The position numbers and the translations under genes are program-made. The notes beneath the pieces are model-generated. The model made no database searches. It was not told the DNA's origin and was given only the letters and a program-made list of their open reading frames with translations. From Bryobacterales bacterium (GTDB taxonomy: Bacteria; Acidobacteriota; Terriglobia; Bryobacterales; UBA6623), in the NCBI GenBank assembly GCA_965248305.1, contig OZ252099.1, positions 4,977,981 to 5,041,980 of the forward strand: DNA of 64,000 bases, given 5' to 3'. This document shows positions 18,127 through 28,013 of the stretch, one piece after another. Position 1 is the first letter of the stretch; the number at the start of each line of letters is the position of its first letter.

Positions 18127-19689
18127 TTAGAGCGTCGGGCCGATCCGCCAAGTCATCATCTCCCGGTGACCCAGCTTCTCGCTGCAAGTCTGGCGACCTG
18201 AGGCAACTTCCAGGAGGTTGGTGTACATCCTGCGCCCGAGATCGGCGATGTCCTCCGTTCCGTCCGCCACGGTTCCGGCATTGATGTCCATGTCCTCGTC
18301 CATATGGCGGGCCATTGAGGAGTTTGATGCGACCTTGATCACGGGAGCTGTCGCGAAGCCGAAGCAACTCCCGCGCCCTGTCGTAAAGAGGCAGATGTTG
18401 CAGCCCCCGGCCACCATGCCGGTGACGGATGCCGGATCGTAGCCCGGGCTATTCATGAACACAAAGCCGCGCTCTGTGATCCGTTCGGCGTAATCGTACA
18501 CCGCGCTCAGCGTCGCGTGACCGCCCTTGGCGACGGCCCCCAGCGACTTCTCTGCGATATTCGTAATCCCGCCGGCCATGTTGCCCGGAGAGGGATTGCT
18601 GTTGAAAGTGACCGAATCCTTGAAGCGCGTGACGTAGTCGAAGTACCAATCCAGCATGTCCAGCAGCCGCTGGCCCACGGCCGGACTGGCCGAGCGCCGG
18701 GTCAACAGGTGCTCGGCACCCCAAATCTCAGTGGTCTCGCCGAGGCAAGCCGTGCCACCTTGCTTCACGACGAGGTCGGCGCAATACCCCACGCCGGGGT
18801 TCGCGGTGATCCCTGAGAAAGCGTCCGAGCCGCCGCACTCCAGCGAAATCGCGATCTGGGACACCGGACAGGGCTCCCGCTCGAGACGTCCGGCGGTTTC
18901 AATCATCTCCCTGACAGCCTGCACGCCATCCTGGACGACCCGCCGAGTGCCCCCGCTTTCCTGCAGCGTCAGACCCCGGCGCGGAGCCTTGCCCGCAGCG
19001 GTCGCTTGCGGCCGCAGGTAGTAGCCGACCTGGTTCACCTCGCAGCCCAAGCCCACCATCACCGCGGCGCCGATGTTCGGGTGGTCCGCCAAACCGTCGA
19101 GCGTCTTGCGCAAGAGATTGGAATCGGCGCCTTCGGCCTGCCCGCAACCGTCGCCGTGCGGCAGCGCAATGACCCCGTCGACCCCCATCCCCTCGAAGCT
19201 CTCGTCCCGAAACGCAGCGGCGATTCGTTCCGTGGCATAGGCGGCGCAGTTGCTGGCCCCGACGATCGCCACATAGTTGCGCGTTCCAGCACGCCCGTCC
19301 GCCCGCGGGTATCCCATGAAGGTCGTGTTGTCCGGAGCCGGGATGTCGCTCAGGTCAGACCGCGCCGTTCCGAACTCGTAATTGCGTTCGTTGATGTCGA
19401 AGAGCAGGTTATGGGTATGCACCCAGGCCCCCGGGCTCAACGCCTCGGCTGCCCGCCCGATCTCCTCGCCATACTTGAACACGGTTTCGCCCTGCGCAAC
19501 CGGGCGCAGGGTGATCTTGTGGCCCGGCGCGATCGCCTGCGAGGTCTTGATCTGGACGCCCTCGAACTCCAGCTTCGCGCCTGCCGGTATGTGGACCCTC
19601 GCCACCGCTACGTTGTCGCTTGGGTGCAGATGAATCCACGGATTGGGCGGCACCAGCTTGGGGTCAAGGTTGACAAGCTGAGTCGGCAT
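18127..19689 (-). CDS. UxaA-family hydrolyase (altronate / galactarate dehydratase-like)
   Basis: N-terminal SAF domain (HPSDNVAVARVHIPAGAKL...IAPGHKITLRPVAQGETVFKYGEEIG) followed by a large UxaA-type domain (GYPRADGRAGTRNYVAIV..., LPHGDGCG, GCEVNQ). 520 aa. Confidence 0.8.
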   Translation of the reverse strand: MPTQLVNLDPKLVPPNPWIHLHPSDNVAVARVHIPAGAKLEFEGVQIKTSQAIAPGHKITLRPVAQGETVFKYGEEIGRAAEALSPGAWVHTHNLLFDINERNYEFGTARSDLSDIPAPDNTTFMGYPRADGRAGTRNYVAIVGASNCAAYATERIAAAFRDESFEGMGVDGVIALPHGDGCGQAEGADSNLLRKTLDGLADHPNIGAAVMVGLGCEVNQVGYYLRPQATAAGKAPRRGLTLQESGGTRRVVQDGVQAVREMIETAGRLEREPCPVSQIAISLECGGSDAFSGITANPGVGYCADLVVKQGGTACLGETTEIWGAEHLLTRRSASPAVGQRLLDMLDWYFDYVTRFKDSVTFNSNPSPGNMAGGITNIAEKSLGAVAKGGHATLSAVYDYAERITERGFVFMNSPGYDPASVTGMVAGGCNICLFTTGRGSCFGFATAPVIKVASNSSMARHMDEDMDINAGTVADGTEDIADLGRRMYTNLLEVASGRQTCSEKLGHREMMTWRIGPTL

Positions 19690-19695
19690 GGCAAT

Positions 19696-20145
19696 TCACT
19701 CGCGGGCGGTGGCGAGGATCGCACCGGCATGCAGGAGCCAAGCGGCCTCGGCAGCGCTGAATTCGCGTTCGCGCTCAACGGCAACGCCCAGGACGCCTAC
19801 CAACCGCCCGCCCTTCATCATAGGCACACAGATCGACCCGCGCATTCCGGTCGACCGCGCACCCGGCCTTGCGTCGCCGCTTGCGTCGGTCTGCAAGTTG
19901 CAGATTTGGACGGGTTCAGCCCGCTCAGCAGCCAAGCCGGCCATGCCCTTGCCGACCGGGATGCGCTGAATCACCGGCAGCATGCTGTCAGGAATTCCGC
20001 CCGCGTAGTGCTCCAGATGCAGCAGGCCGTCCGCCCGCAACAGATGGACGGTGCCTGTTTCGGCATCAAGCGCGGCGAGAATCTTCGGCAGGGCTGCGGC
20101 GGCAGGGACCGCACCGAGCTCCAACAGGACCGTCTTGTCGGGCAT
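19696..20145 (-). CDS. GAF-domain protein
   Basis: Free-standing GAF-like fold: IPVGKGMAGLAAERAEPVQICNL...GSICVPMMKGGRLVGVLGVAVEREREFSAAE. ATG at 20145 is preferred because the 20196 start overlaps cysQ. Confidence 0.6.
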   Translation of the reverse strand: MPDKTVLLELGAVPAAAALPKILAALDAETGTVHLLRADGLLHLEHYAGGIPDSMLPVIQRIPVGKGMAGLAAERAEPVQICNLQTDASGDARPGARSTGMRGSICVPMMKGGRLVGVLGVAVEREREFSAAEAAWLLHAGAILATARE

Positions 20146-20150
20146 CTTCT

Positions 20151-20942
20151 TCAATCTCCATGATCCGTCCGAGCGGGAGCCTGGGCGATGAACCACGAGT
20201 TCAGCAGATCAGGCTTGTTGTACGGCAGGTCACGACCGGTCTGATGCTGGACCAACCTTCCGCCGGCGGCACTCAGGATCGCATGGGCCGCCGCCGTGTC
20301 CCATTCCATCGTGGGCGCAAGGCGCGGGTACACATGCGCACTTCCCTCCGCCACCAAGCAGATCTTGATCGAGCTGCCGACGGCAAGGAACGAGATCTCG
20401 CTGTAGCGCGATCGCAGATCGTCCAGATAGGCCTCGGTCTCCGGCGACCGATGGGAACTGCTGCCGACTACCCGCAGGCGTCCCGACTCGGGCATCGCCT
20501 CGCAGCGGATCGGCCGCGCTGGTCCCGCGGCGGTCGACTTAAACGCTCCAGTCTCGACGCTCCCCCAGTAGGTGGTGCGCGTAGCCGGCACATACACCAC
20601 GCCCGCCACGGGCCGGCTTTCCTCGATACAGGCAATATTCACCGTGAATTGGCCGTTTCGTTTCACGAATTCCTTCGTGCCATCGAGGGGGTCGACCAGC
20701 CAGTAGCGCCGCCACTGGCGGCGGGTCTCGTATGGGGCAAGCTCGGCGCTTTCCTCGGAGAGCAGTGGTACCCGTGGGAATTCAGCGCGAAGCCGGCGCT
20801 CGATGATGCGGTGCGCGGCCAAGTCCGCTTCTGTCAACGGCGAGGCATCCTGCTTCTCGCGGACGGCGAAGTCTCGCGAATAGACCGCCATGACGGCGGC
20901 GCCGGCCTCGGCGGCAATCGAGCGGACAACATCCAAGCGCAT
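20151..20942 (-). CDS. cysQ: 3'(2'),5'-bisphosphate nucleotidase
   Basis: Inositol-monophosphatase-fold motifs: SPLTEADLAAH, LLSEES, YWLVDPLDGTKEF, WDTAAAHAIL. Confidence 0.85.
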   Translation of the reverse strand: MRLDVVRSIAAEAGAAVMAVYSRDFAVREKQDASPLTEADLAAHRIIERRLRAEFPRVPLLSEESAELAPYETRRQWRRYWLVDPLDGTKEFVKRNGQFTVNIACIEESRPVAGVVYVPATRTTYWGSVETGAFKSTAAGPARPIRCEAMPESGRLRVVGSSSHRSPETEAYLDDLRSRYSEISFLAVGSSIKICLVAEGSAHVYPRLAPTMEWDTAAAHAILSAAGGRLVQHQTGRDLPYNKPDLLNSWFIAQAPARTDHGD

Positions 20943-21300
20943 GCGTGGGTCAGATCAAGGATGACGTCACGACCGGATAAGGGCCGGGCGCAGGGCATCA
21001 AGCGATCCTGTTTCCATTCTCGACTAAGCGGCGCCTAGGACGCGACCGGATGCCGACCGCACCTGGCTACCCGAAAGAAGCTTGCCATAATCGGTTCGAT
21101 GAATTCTGGAAAAGAACCGGCTCGTCCGAGAGTCGGGCTGGCAACCCCAGCCATCGTCCGGACCCGCCGGGGCAGCATCAATTCCGGCCCGCCGATCACG
21201 CCAGCAACTCCCTCTGGCCAGCTACTCCTTAGCGACAGCCGAGCGCTCCAAGGCTCGCGCGGCACCAGACGGCTAGCACCTAGCAGAGACACTTACCCCC

Positions 21301-23931
21301 ATGACCGACCAACGCTCACTCCCATCTTTGTGCCCGACCACATGCATCCAGCTTGCCTGTGCCGGGCTCGCCTTCTCGGCGGCGCTGCAGGCCCAGCCCA
21401 ACGACGCCCAGCCCGGCAGAATGCGGCCTGACGCACCCGCGCAGCACGAGGTCGCCCGCGAGAACATTCCGCACCTAGGGGCGTCCGAGCAGTTCATGAC
21501 GCCGCGCGACCCCGAGCCAGAGCCCCCGCTGGACCCGCGCTTGGTCGACGTGATGCGGATGACCGAGGATACGCGCTCGGACGATTTCCCGGATATTGTC
21601 ACCAACCCCTACAACCGCTCGGAAGTGTGGCTGGCCTGGGCTAGCTATGACGGATATCTCGACGAAGTGCGCTTGGCGCGCTTCGACAACGCCAAGCAAC
21701 GGTGGGGGACTTGGACGCAGGTGCCGGGCGTCAGCGGCGACGTATGGAGGCCCCGCCTGGCTTTCGACGCACAAGGCCGTATCTGGACCATCTGGTCGCA
21801 ACAGGTCGACGGCAACTTCGACCTCTACGCCCGCTGGTACGACGGGACAGTATTCGGCCCACTACACCGACTCACCAACAGCCCGCAATCGGACTTCGAC
21901 CACGATGTTGCGTTCCGCGACGGCAAGATCCATATCGCCTGGCAGGCATTTCGCGGCGAGCAGTCCGACGTCTATTACATGGCCTACACAGACTCCGGAT
22001 GGGGCGACGAGCTGCTCGTCAGCGACAGTCCACGGAATGATTGGGAGCCGGCCGTGGCCGCCGACTCCCAGGGCGTGGCGAGCGTGGCATGGGACACTTA
22101 CGACAAAGGTCGCTACGACGTCCTGATGCGCCACATCTCTGAGGGGCGTCCGGGGAACGTGATCGAAGTGGCCTCCACCGAGCGTCTCGAGGCGCGGCCG
22201 GATCTCGCGATCGACAGCCAAGACAAAGTCTGGGTTAGCTATGAGGTCGGTCGCGTCAACTGGGCGAAAGACCAAGGCCGCTTGGACAAGGTCGGCACCG
22301 CACCCGGATACCCGATCTATGACCTGCGGGGGGTCGAAGTCGCGGCCTACGCCGGCGAGCAGAAGCTCGGCTTGGCTGCGCCATTCTCGATCGAGCGGGG
22401 AGAAAAGGTCTACACTCCGTCTGACGGGCAACTGCACCACTACGGGCGGCTGGCGATCGACGACCAAGGCCGCCTGCACCTGCTAGTCCGCAATCGACAG
22501 GGCCGCCGCCTGGCAGACTACTGGCGCTTCTTCATCACCACGCTGACAAGCGACGGCTGGACGGAGCCGGCCATGCTCCCCTACAGCCGCGGCAGGTCCA
22601 GCATGTTCGCATCCGCAGCGCCAGCACAGGACGGGCTGTGGATCGCCTGGCCGCGGGACGGGCATCCCACGTTCTCGGTGATGGTCAACCTCCCGGAAGA
22701 GACCGTGATTGAGAACGTGTACGCCGGACGATACGACCCAGGGGTCCCCGCCTCGACGGCCAAGCTTGACGACCGGACGCCGCAGGTGCCGTCGAGGCCA
22801 ACAGGCCATCCCAACGAGGCACTCGACGTGAGCCGCATCCGCGACTACAGGGCGCGGGTCAGGGGCAAGCAGTTGCGCATCCTGCGCGGCGACACGCACC
22901 GGCACACGGAACTTTCCATGGACCTGCGTGGTTCGCCAGACGGCTCGCTTCTGGACTTCTATCGCTACATGCTCGACGCCGCGTCGATGGACTGGGGCTT
23001 CGTCTCCGATCATCAATATGGTGCTGACCGCACCTACTGGTGGTGGCTGACCGAGAAGGCCGCGGACCTATTCCACACACAAGGCTACGCCTCGCTGTTC
23101 GGTTACGAGCGCTCGGTGCGCTATCCCAACGGGCACCGCAATGTCTTCCATACCAAGCGCGGTATCCAGAACGTGCCGTTCTTCGTCAAGCCCGACGAAT
23201 ACATGCAGCGGCACAACGGCATCTCGGCGGTGATCGAAGGCGACACGAAGATGCTCTACGAAGAGATCCGACGCACGGGCGGCCTCGCGATCTCACACAC
23301 GTCAGCGACCAACATGGGAACGGACTGGCGCGACAATGACCCCGATCTTGAGCCCGTGGTCGAGATCTTCCAAGGCGACCGCTACAGCTACGAATGCGCG
23401 GGCTGCCCGTTTGCGGACAAGGGCGATGACTATCCGTCAGCGGGTTCCGCGATGCTCGAGGAAATCCAACCGGACGGAATGGTCGCCGCAGCTTGGAACA
23501 AGGGCCACCGCCTTGGCGTGATTGCCAGCTCGGACCACCTCTCCACGCATATGTCTTACGCGATGGTGTATGCGGAGGACGCTTCCCGCGAAGGCGTCTA
23601 CAACGCGATCAAGCAGCGCCACACCTACGGCGCGACCGACAACATCATCGTCGACTTCCGGCTCGGCGATGCATTCATGGGGGACGAGCTCGCGGTCGAG
23701 GGCGAGATTCCGGCAATCCGGGCAACGATCCTAGGCACGGACTCGCTCAAGGAAGTGGCGCTGGTCCGCAACAACGAAGTCGTATACACCGTCGCCCCCG
23801 GGGCCAAGGATGCCAACTTCGAGTACACGGACAGGCAACCGCAAGCAGGCGAGAATTTCTACTACGTGCGCGCGGTCCAAGTGAATGACGAGATCGCGTG
23901 GTCTTCCCCCATCTGGGTGGTGCGCCAGTAG
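21301..23931 (+). CDS. Exported 876-aa protein: N-terminal repeat (beta-propeller-like) region plus C-terminal PHP/CehA-like metal-dependent phosphoesterase domain
   Basis: Signal-like N-terminus. Recurring W-x-W/Y...G..D(V/L)Y units (VWLAWASYDGYLDEVRLARF; IWTIWSQQVDGNFDLYARWY; IHIAWQAFRGEQSDVYYMAY; ASVAWDTYDKGRYDVLMRHI; VWVSYEVG). His-rich C-terminal motifs GDTHRHTELS, VSDHQYG, GHRNVFH, ISHTSA, SSDHLSTH. Confidence 0.55.
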   Translation: MTDQRSLPSLCPTTCIQLACAGLAFSAALQAQPNDAQPGRMRPDAPAQHEVARENIPHLGASEQFMTPRDPEPEPPLDPRLVDVMRMTEDTRSDDFPDIVTNPYNRSEVWLAWASYDGYLDEVRLARFDNAKQRWGTWTQVPGVSGDVWRPRLAFDAQGRIWTIWSQQVDGNFDLYARWYDGTVFGPLHRLTNSPQSDFDHDVAFRDGKIHIAWQAFRGEQSDVYYMAYTDSGWGDELLVSDSPRNDWEPAVAADSQGVASVAWDTYDKGRYDVLMRHISEGRPGNVIEVASTERLEARPDLAIDSQDKVWVSYEVGRVNWAKDQGRLDKVGTAPGYPIYDLRGVEVAAYAGEQKLGLAAPFSIERGEKVYTPSDGQLHHYGRLAIDDQGRLHLLVRNRQGRRLADYWRFFITTLTSDGWTEPAMLPYSRGRSSMFASAAPAQDGLWIAWPRDGHPTFSVMVNLPEETVIENVYAGRYDPGVPASTAKLDDRTPQVPSRPTGHPNEALDVSRIRDYRARVRGKQLRILRGDTHRHTELSMDLRGSPDGSLLDFYRYMLDAASMDWGFVSDHQYGADRTYWWWLTEKAADLFHTQGYASLFGYERSVRYPNGHRNVFHTKRGIQNVPFFVKPDEYMQRHNGISAVIEGDTKMLYEEIRRTGGLAISHTSATNMGTDWRDNDPDLEPVVEIFQGDRYSYECAGCPFADKGDDYPSAGSAMLEEIQPDGMVAAAWNKGHRLGVIASSDHLSTHMSYAMVYAEDASREGVYNAIKQRHTYGATDNIIVDFRLGDAFMGDELAVEGEIPAIRATILGTDSLKEVALVRNNEVVYTVAPGAKDANFEYTDRQPQAGENFYYVRAVQVNDEIAWSSPIWVVRQ

Positions 23932-23953
23932 CGGGCGCCCGCTACTGGCGCAC
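23920..23953. terminator. 34-bp perfect palindrome spanning the stop codons of two convergent genes (putative bidirectional hairpin terminator)
   Basis: GTGCGCCAGTAGCGGGC|GCCCGCTACTGGCGCAC is its own reverse complement. It contains the TAG of the + gene (23929-23931) and the TAG of recN (complement of 23942-23944). No U-tract on either side. Confidence 0.45.
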
Positions 23954-25618
23954 TCGCAGGAGCTGCTTCGCGTTTTCTAGCGCCGCGCCACTGACCTTCG
24001 AGCCGGACAGCATGCGCGCAAGTTCGTCGATGCGCTCTGGGTCAGATAGCTCGGTGACGGTTGCAGTCGTCGAGGCGGCTCCGTCGGACTTGGCGACATG
24101 AAAGTGAGCGTCTGCGAAGCACGCAATCTGAGGAATGTGTGTGACACACAGGATCTGGCTGCCCGCCGCCAGCCTCTGCAATCGCCGTCCAATGGCCTCG
24201 GCCACGCTGCCGCCGACACCTGTATCAACCTCGTCGAAGACAAACGTCCGGCAGTCCTTGCCCATGTCCGCCGTCCCCTGTAGGCAGGTCTTCAGCGCGA
24301 GCGCGACGCGCGAGAGTTCGCCGCCTGACGCCACTTGGCCTAGCGGCCGCGCCGGTTGGCCGGGATTGGCAGAAAACAGGATCGTCGCCCGGTCGACACC
24401 ATTGGCGGACCACGACCCTAGAGGCTCTACCAACACCTCGAAACTAGATTTATCCAAAGCTAGATCGCGCAGCTCGCCCTCGGTCCGAGCCGCCAGCTCG
24501 CCAGCGGCCTTACGCCTGACGCCCGACAGCTTCGCAGAACGGCGGCTGTATTCCCCGGCCGCTTCTTCCAACGCGCACTCCAAACGCTCGATCTCCAGAT
24601 CGCTGGAATCGAGAATGGCAAGCTCCCCTTCGATCCTTGTTGCAAACGCCAGGACATCCTCCAACGTCGGGCCATACTTGCGCTTTAGCTTTTCCAGCAC
24701 GGCCAGCCGCTCCTCGACCTGCTCCTGCCGTTCAGGATTCGCCTCCAGATCTCCCACATAGGCGCGCAGCTCAAACGCCACGTCGTCGACCGCAGTCCGG
24801 GCGTTCTCCAACGTATCCGCAAATCCACCCAAGCCGCGATCAACCGAAGCGGCCGAGGCGAGGGCATTCACAGCTGCCTTGATCCGCGAGGAAGCCGATT
24901 CGGCGGAATCGTAGAGCACATCGTAGGCATCGAAGGCGCTCTTGCGCAGGCTCTCGGCGTTCACCAGCCGCTCGCGCTCCTGCATCAGCTCGTCGTCCTC
25001 GCCAAGCTGCACTGCGGCCTGGCTGAGCTCGCTGGCCTGGTAGCGGAGCAGGTCCACTCGGCGCAGCCGCTCCTGTTCGTCCCCCTTGAGCCGGTCTAAG
25101 GTCTGCTGGCACTGGGTCCAGCGCCGGTATACGTCGCGGAGAGCCTCAATTTCGGCGCCAATCCCGGCGAAGGAATCGAGCATGCGCAACTGCCGCGCGG
25201 GGGCCAGCAGCGTCTGCTGCTCGTGCTGGCCGTGGATGTCTCCCAAGTGGGGAGCCAGCTCCTTCAACAGCGCGAGCGTGGCCGGCGCACCGTTGACATA
25301 TGCCCGGCTCTTCCCCGAGGCGAGCACTTGGCGCTCGACAATCAACTCGTCAGACGCGCCTTCGATGCCGGCGTCCGCCAACCGTGCCGCCAACGCCGGG
25401 TCGCTCGGAACGTCGAACCGGCCGGAGACGCGCGCCCTTTTCGCACCCGCCCGGACGACATCAACGCTGGCACGGGCACCGAACAGCAGCGCGAGCGAGT
25501 CCACTACGATCGACTTGCCGCTGCCAGTCTCACCAGTGAGCAGGTTCAGCCCGGGATGGAACGCCACCCGCAGCTTTTCGACCACCGCATAGCTTTCTAT
25601 GTCAAGCTCCTGAAGCAT
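23942..25618 (-). CDS. recN: DNA repair protein RecN
   Basis: Walker A LLTGETGSGKSIVVDSL, long coiled-coil middle, C-terminal signature/Walker B region ASGGELSRVALALK...FVFDEVDTGVGG. 558 aa. Confidence 0.9.
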   Translation of the reverse strand: MLQELDIESYAVVEKLRVAFHPGLNLLTGETGSGKSIVVDSLALLFGARASVDVVRAGAKRARVSGRFDVPSDPALAARLADAGIEGASDELIVERQVLASGKSRAYVNGAPATLALLKELAPHLGDIHGQHEQQTLLAPARQLRMLDSFAGIGAEIEALRDVYRRWTQCQQTLDRLKGDEQERLRRVDLLRYQASELSQAAVQLGEDDELMQERERLVNAESLRKSAFDAYDVLYDSAESASSRIKAAVNALASAASVDRGLGGFADTLENARTAVDDVAFELRAYVGDLEANPERQEQVEERLAVLEKLKRKYGPTLEDVLAFATRIEGELAILDSSDLEIERLECALEEAAGEYSRRSAKLSGVRRKAAGELAARTEGELRDLALDKSSFEVLVEPLGSWSANGVDRATILFSANPGQPARPLGQVASGGELSRVALALKTCLQGTADMGKDCRTFVFDEVDTGVGGSVAEAIGRRLQRLAAGSQILCVTHIPQIACFADAHFHVAKSDGAASTTATVTELSDPERIDELARMLSGSKVSGAALENAKQLLRVRQ

Positions 25619-25927
25619 GCTTAGGCGTGGTCAGATTGCAGCGCGCTCGCTTGGGCTGGCGACGGCCAAGCGAGTGCGAAAAGGCGGTCAAAACACAGAA
25701 TCAAGCCCAATACGATCATAGGATAGCCAGCCCCGCAGAGGCCGGCATCAGCACGCGAATTCAAAATGTCGGGGAGTGGAAACCGTCGAGGCTTGCGCCC
25801 CCGTCAAACCATTGCGCTGACAGGCCGTGGACCGCGTCTGGGCAAGTGCGCCCAGAAATGGCTGATTGTGCAACCGGCACGCAGTCAAATGGCCTAGGAA
25901 TCGTGCTCAACGCGATGTATAGTGTAG

Positions 25928-26779
25928 GTGTTGCGGGTTCCGGCTGCCGGAGCCCGGCATGGACGCAGCGGATTTCCGCCATTCCGAGGGTCAGAATTGC
26001 ATTTCGCTCCACCGCTCGCACTGCTGTTGCAGGCGATCGCCGAAGCGGCCGCCGAGGGCGACCTGACCGCCGCCGAGGAGGTTTCGGCGGCAATCGATCA
26101 ATCCACGCTGTTGGGCCTGCTGCTCGAGGTGGGTCCGGTAGGCTTCGCGGTGTTCGCGATCCTAGGAGTCATGTCGGTGCTGTCTTGGGCGCTGGCCTTC
26201 TCGAAGCATCGCGTGTTGTCCTCGTCTGCCAATTCCAACATGGCGTTCCGGAGCGCATTTCGCCGCTCCGGCAAGCTGGCCGAAATCAACGCCGCCAGCG
26301 AGCAGTTTCGCCCGGCTCCGCTCGTGACGGTTTTCGACTACGGCTACAAAGAGGTTGCGCGACAAGTCAATACCTACGGGCGCATCACCAACCCGGCGTC
26401 CTTGGAACGGTCGCTCGCCCTGGCGGTCAGCGAGGAGACATTGCGACTGCAGCGCAATCTCGGCATCCTTGCCACGACCGCGTCCGCCGCGCCGTTCATC
26501 GGCCTGTTCGGCACGGTCTGGGGAGTGCTCGAAGCGTTCCGCGGCCTCGGCACGTCCAGCGGGGCTACGCTGAGGGCGGTGGCGCCTGGCATCGCGGAAG
26601 CCCTGCTGGCGACGGCTCTCGGGCTGTTCGCGGCCATTCCGGCGCTGATCTTCTACAACATCTACGCCTCCCGGCTGCGCGAGATCCGTGCTCGCATGCA
26701 AGACTTCGGACTGGAGTTCTTTAACCTGGCCGAGAAAGACTACGGAGCGAAGGATGGCGCTGCAGGCAAACAATCCTGA
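25928..26779 (+). CDS. tolQ: MotA/TolQ/ExbB-family proton channel (TolQ of the Tol-Pal cluster)
   Basis: Three TM segments and the conserved C-terminal core LGILATTASAAPFIGLFGTVWGVLEAF...VAPGIAEALLATALGLFAAIPALIFYN. The start is uncertain; a TTG at 25997 preceded by GAGGG is an alternative. Confidence 0.8.
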   Translation: MLRVPAAGARHGRSGFPPFRGSELHFAPPLALLLQAIAEAAAEGDLTAAEEVSAAIDQSTLLGLLLEVGPVGFAVFAILGVMSVLSWALAFSKHRVLSSSANSNMAFRSAFRRSGKLAEINAASEQFRPAPLVTVFDYGYKEVARQVNTYGRITNPASLERSLALAVSEETLRLQRNLGILATTASAAPFIGLFGTVWGVLEAFRGLGTSSGATLRAVAPGIAEALLATALGLFAAIPALIFYNIYASRLREIRARMQDFGLEFFNLAEKDYGAKDGAAGKQS

Positions 26780-27179
26780 TCCCTCGGACGATTCAATCGC
26801 CGAAATCAACATCACGCCGTTCGTTGACGTCGTGCTGGTGCTGCTGATCATCTTCATGATCACGGCGGGAGTCGTCGAATTCGGCCTCGAGATCGATGTG
26901 CCGCGCACGCGCGAAGTGACAACCTCGGACAAGGACTTCGCCTACGTCAACATCACGTCGAAAGGCGAACTCTTCTTCGGCGAAGAACCAGTGAGCGTCT
27001 ACGATATCGCCGAACTGGCCAAAGCGAAGAACCCGGACAGTCCCGGCATTTTCCTGCGGGCGCACCGCATGACGCCGTGGGAGATCGTGGCCCCGGTGAT
27101 CGCCGAATGCGGCGCGAACAGGGTCAATGTGAACGTCGTCACAAAGCCGCTGGTGAGGGAACCGAGAGCGAGCCGCTGA
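26754..27179 (+). CDS. tolR: ExbD/TolR-family protein
   Basis: IAEINITPFVDVVLVLLIIFMI (the conserved Asp in the TM segment) followed by a periplasmic domain. Overlaps the tolQ end. Confidence 0.8.
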   Translation: MALQANNPDPSDDSIAEINITPFVDVVLVLLIIFMITAGVVEFGLEIDVPRTREVTTSDKDFAYVNITSKGELFFGEEPVSVYDIAELAKAKNPDSPGIFLRAHRMTPWEIVAPVIAECGANRVNVNVVTKPLVREPRASR

Positions 27180-27195
27180 ATACCGCGACAATCCG

Positions 27196-27975
27196 ATGAA
27201 TGCTCAGGTGCACGATCCGGCGATGGCAGAAGGGCTGCGCGGCCCGCTGCTCGTGTCAACGTCGTGCCATGGTGCCCTGCTGGTCGCCGCGCTGGCCTGG
27301 GGTGTCCTGAACCCGACGATCAACCTCGGCTCGCGCGATGCAGCAGGCGGCGGTGGCGTGGTCGCTGTCAGCTCCGTGCCCATCAACGTGGCGCGCGCAC
27401 CCGAGCCTAACCCGGTCGCGAGCCCTAGCAGCCACAATGTGCCGGCACCACCCGAGTTCCGCCGCTCGACCGAGGTTCCGCAGCCGGAGCCGGCGGCCGC
27501 TCCAGTTCCAAGCCCGGAGCGCAAGCAGGCCGAGCAACAGCAGGAGCGCGCCGTCGGGCAGCGCAGCGCGGGAGAAGCCGAAGCCAATGAACTGCGCTCC
27601 TCGCGCGGGGCTGCTCTCAGCAGCGAACTGTACCGGGCGACTCCCGCCGCGGCGGTCGGATTCGGCGGGACCAAGGGCGGGCCGTTCGGAACGCGGTTCG
27701 GCTGGTATGCCGAGATCCTCCAGCGCGCTATCGGGGAACAGTGGCGCAAGGCGCTCGGCCAGGTCTCGGGCGGATCGTCCAAGCCGACCGTGATCACGTT
27801 CGTCATCCAGCGCTCGGGCCTGATCAATCAGGTCGCGATCACCCAACCGAGCGGCAATCGCTCGCTCGACTATTCGGCCGTCCGGGCGGCTACAAATGCC
27901 AGCCCAGTGCGTCCCTTGCCGCCGGGCCTTGGCCGTAATTCCATCGTGATCGAGATGCACTTCCGCCTAGATTGA
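27196..27975 (+). CDS. TolA/TonB-like energy-transducer protein
   Basis: N-terminal TM segment (LLVSTSCHGALLVAALAWGVL), a Pro/Ala/Glu-rich linker and a TonB-C-like domain (ITFVIQRSGLINQVAITQPSGNRSLDYSAVRAATNASPVRPLP). Positioned between tolR and tolB. Confidence 0.65.
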   Translation: MNAQVHDPAMAEGLRGPLLVSTSCHGALLVAALAWGVLNPTINLGSRDAAGGGGVVAVSSVPINVARAPEPNPVASPSSHNVPAPPEFRRSTEVPQPEPAAAPVPSPERKQAEQQQERAVGQRSAGEAEANELRSSRGAALSSELYRATPAAAVGFGGTKGGPFGTRFGWYAEILQRAIGEQWRKALGQVSGGSSKPTVITFVIQRSGLINQVAITQPSGNRSLDYSAVRAATNASPVRPLPPGLGRNSIVIEMHFRLD

Positions 27976-28013
27976 TCGCCGACACAACACAACAACATGG
28001 AGAGTGACACAGC

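Noticed and set aside
25646-25674. Hairpin CTCGCTTGG-11 nt-CCAAGCGAG upstream of recN, considered as a LexA/SOS operator.
   Set aside because: It does not resemble any LexA box I know (CTGT-N8-ACAG, GAAC-N4-GTTC, GTTC-N7-GTTC). It could be a chance inverted repeat, and I cannot test conservation here.
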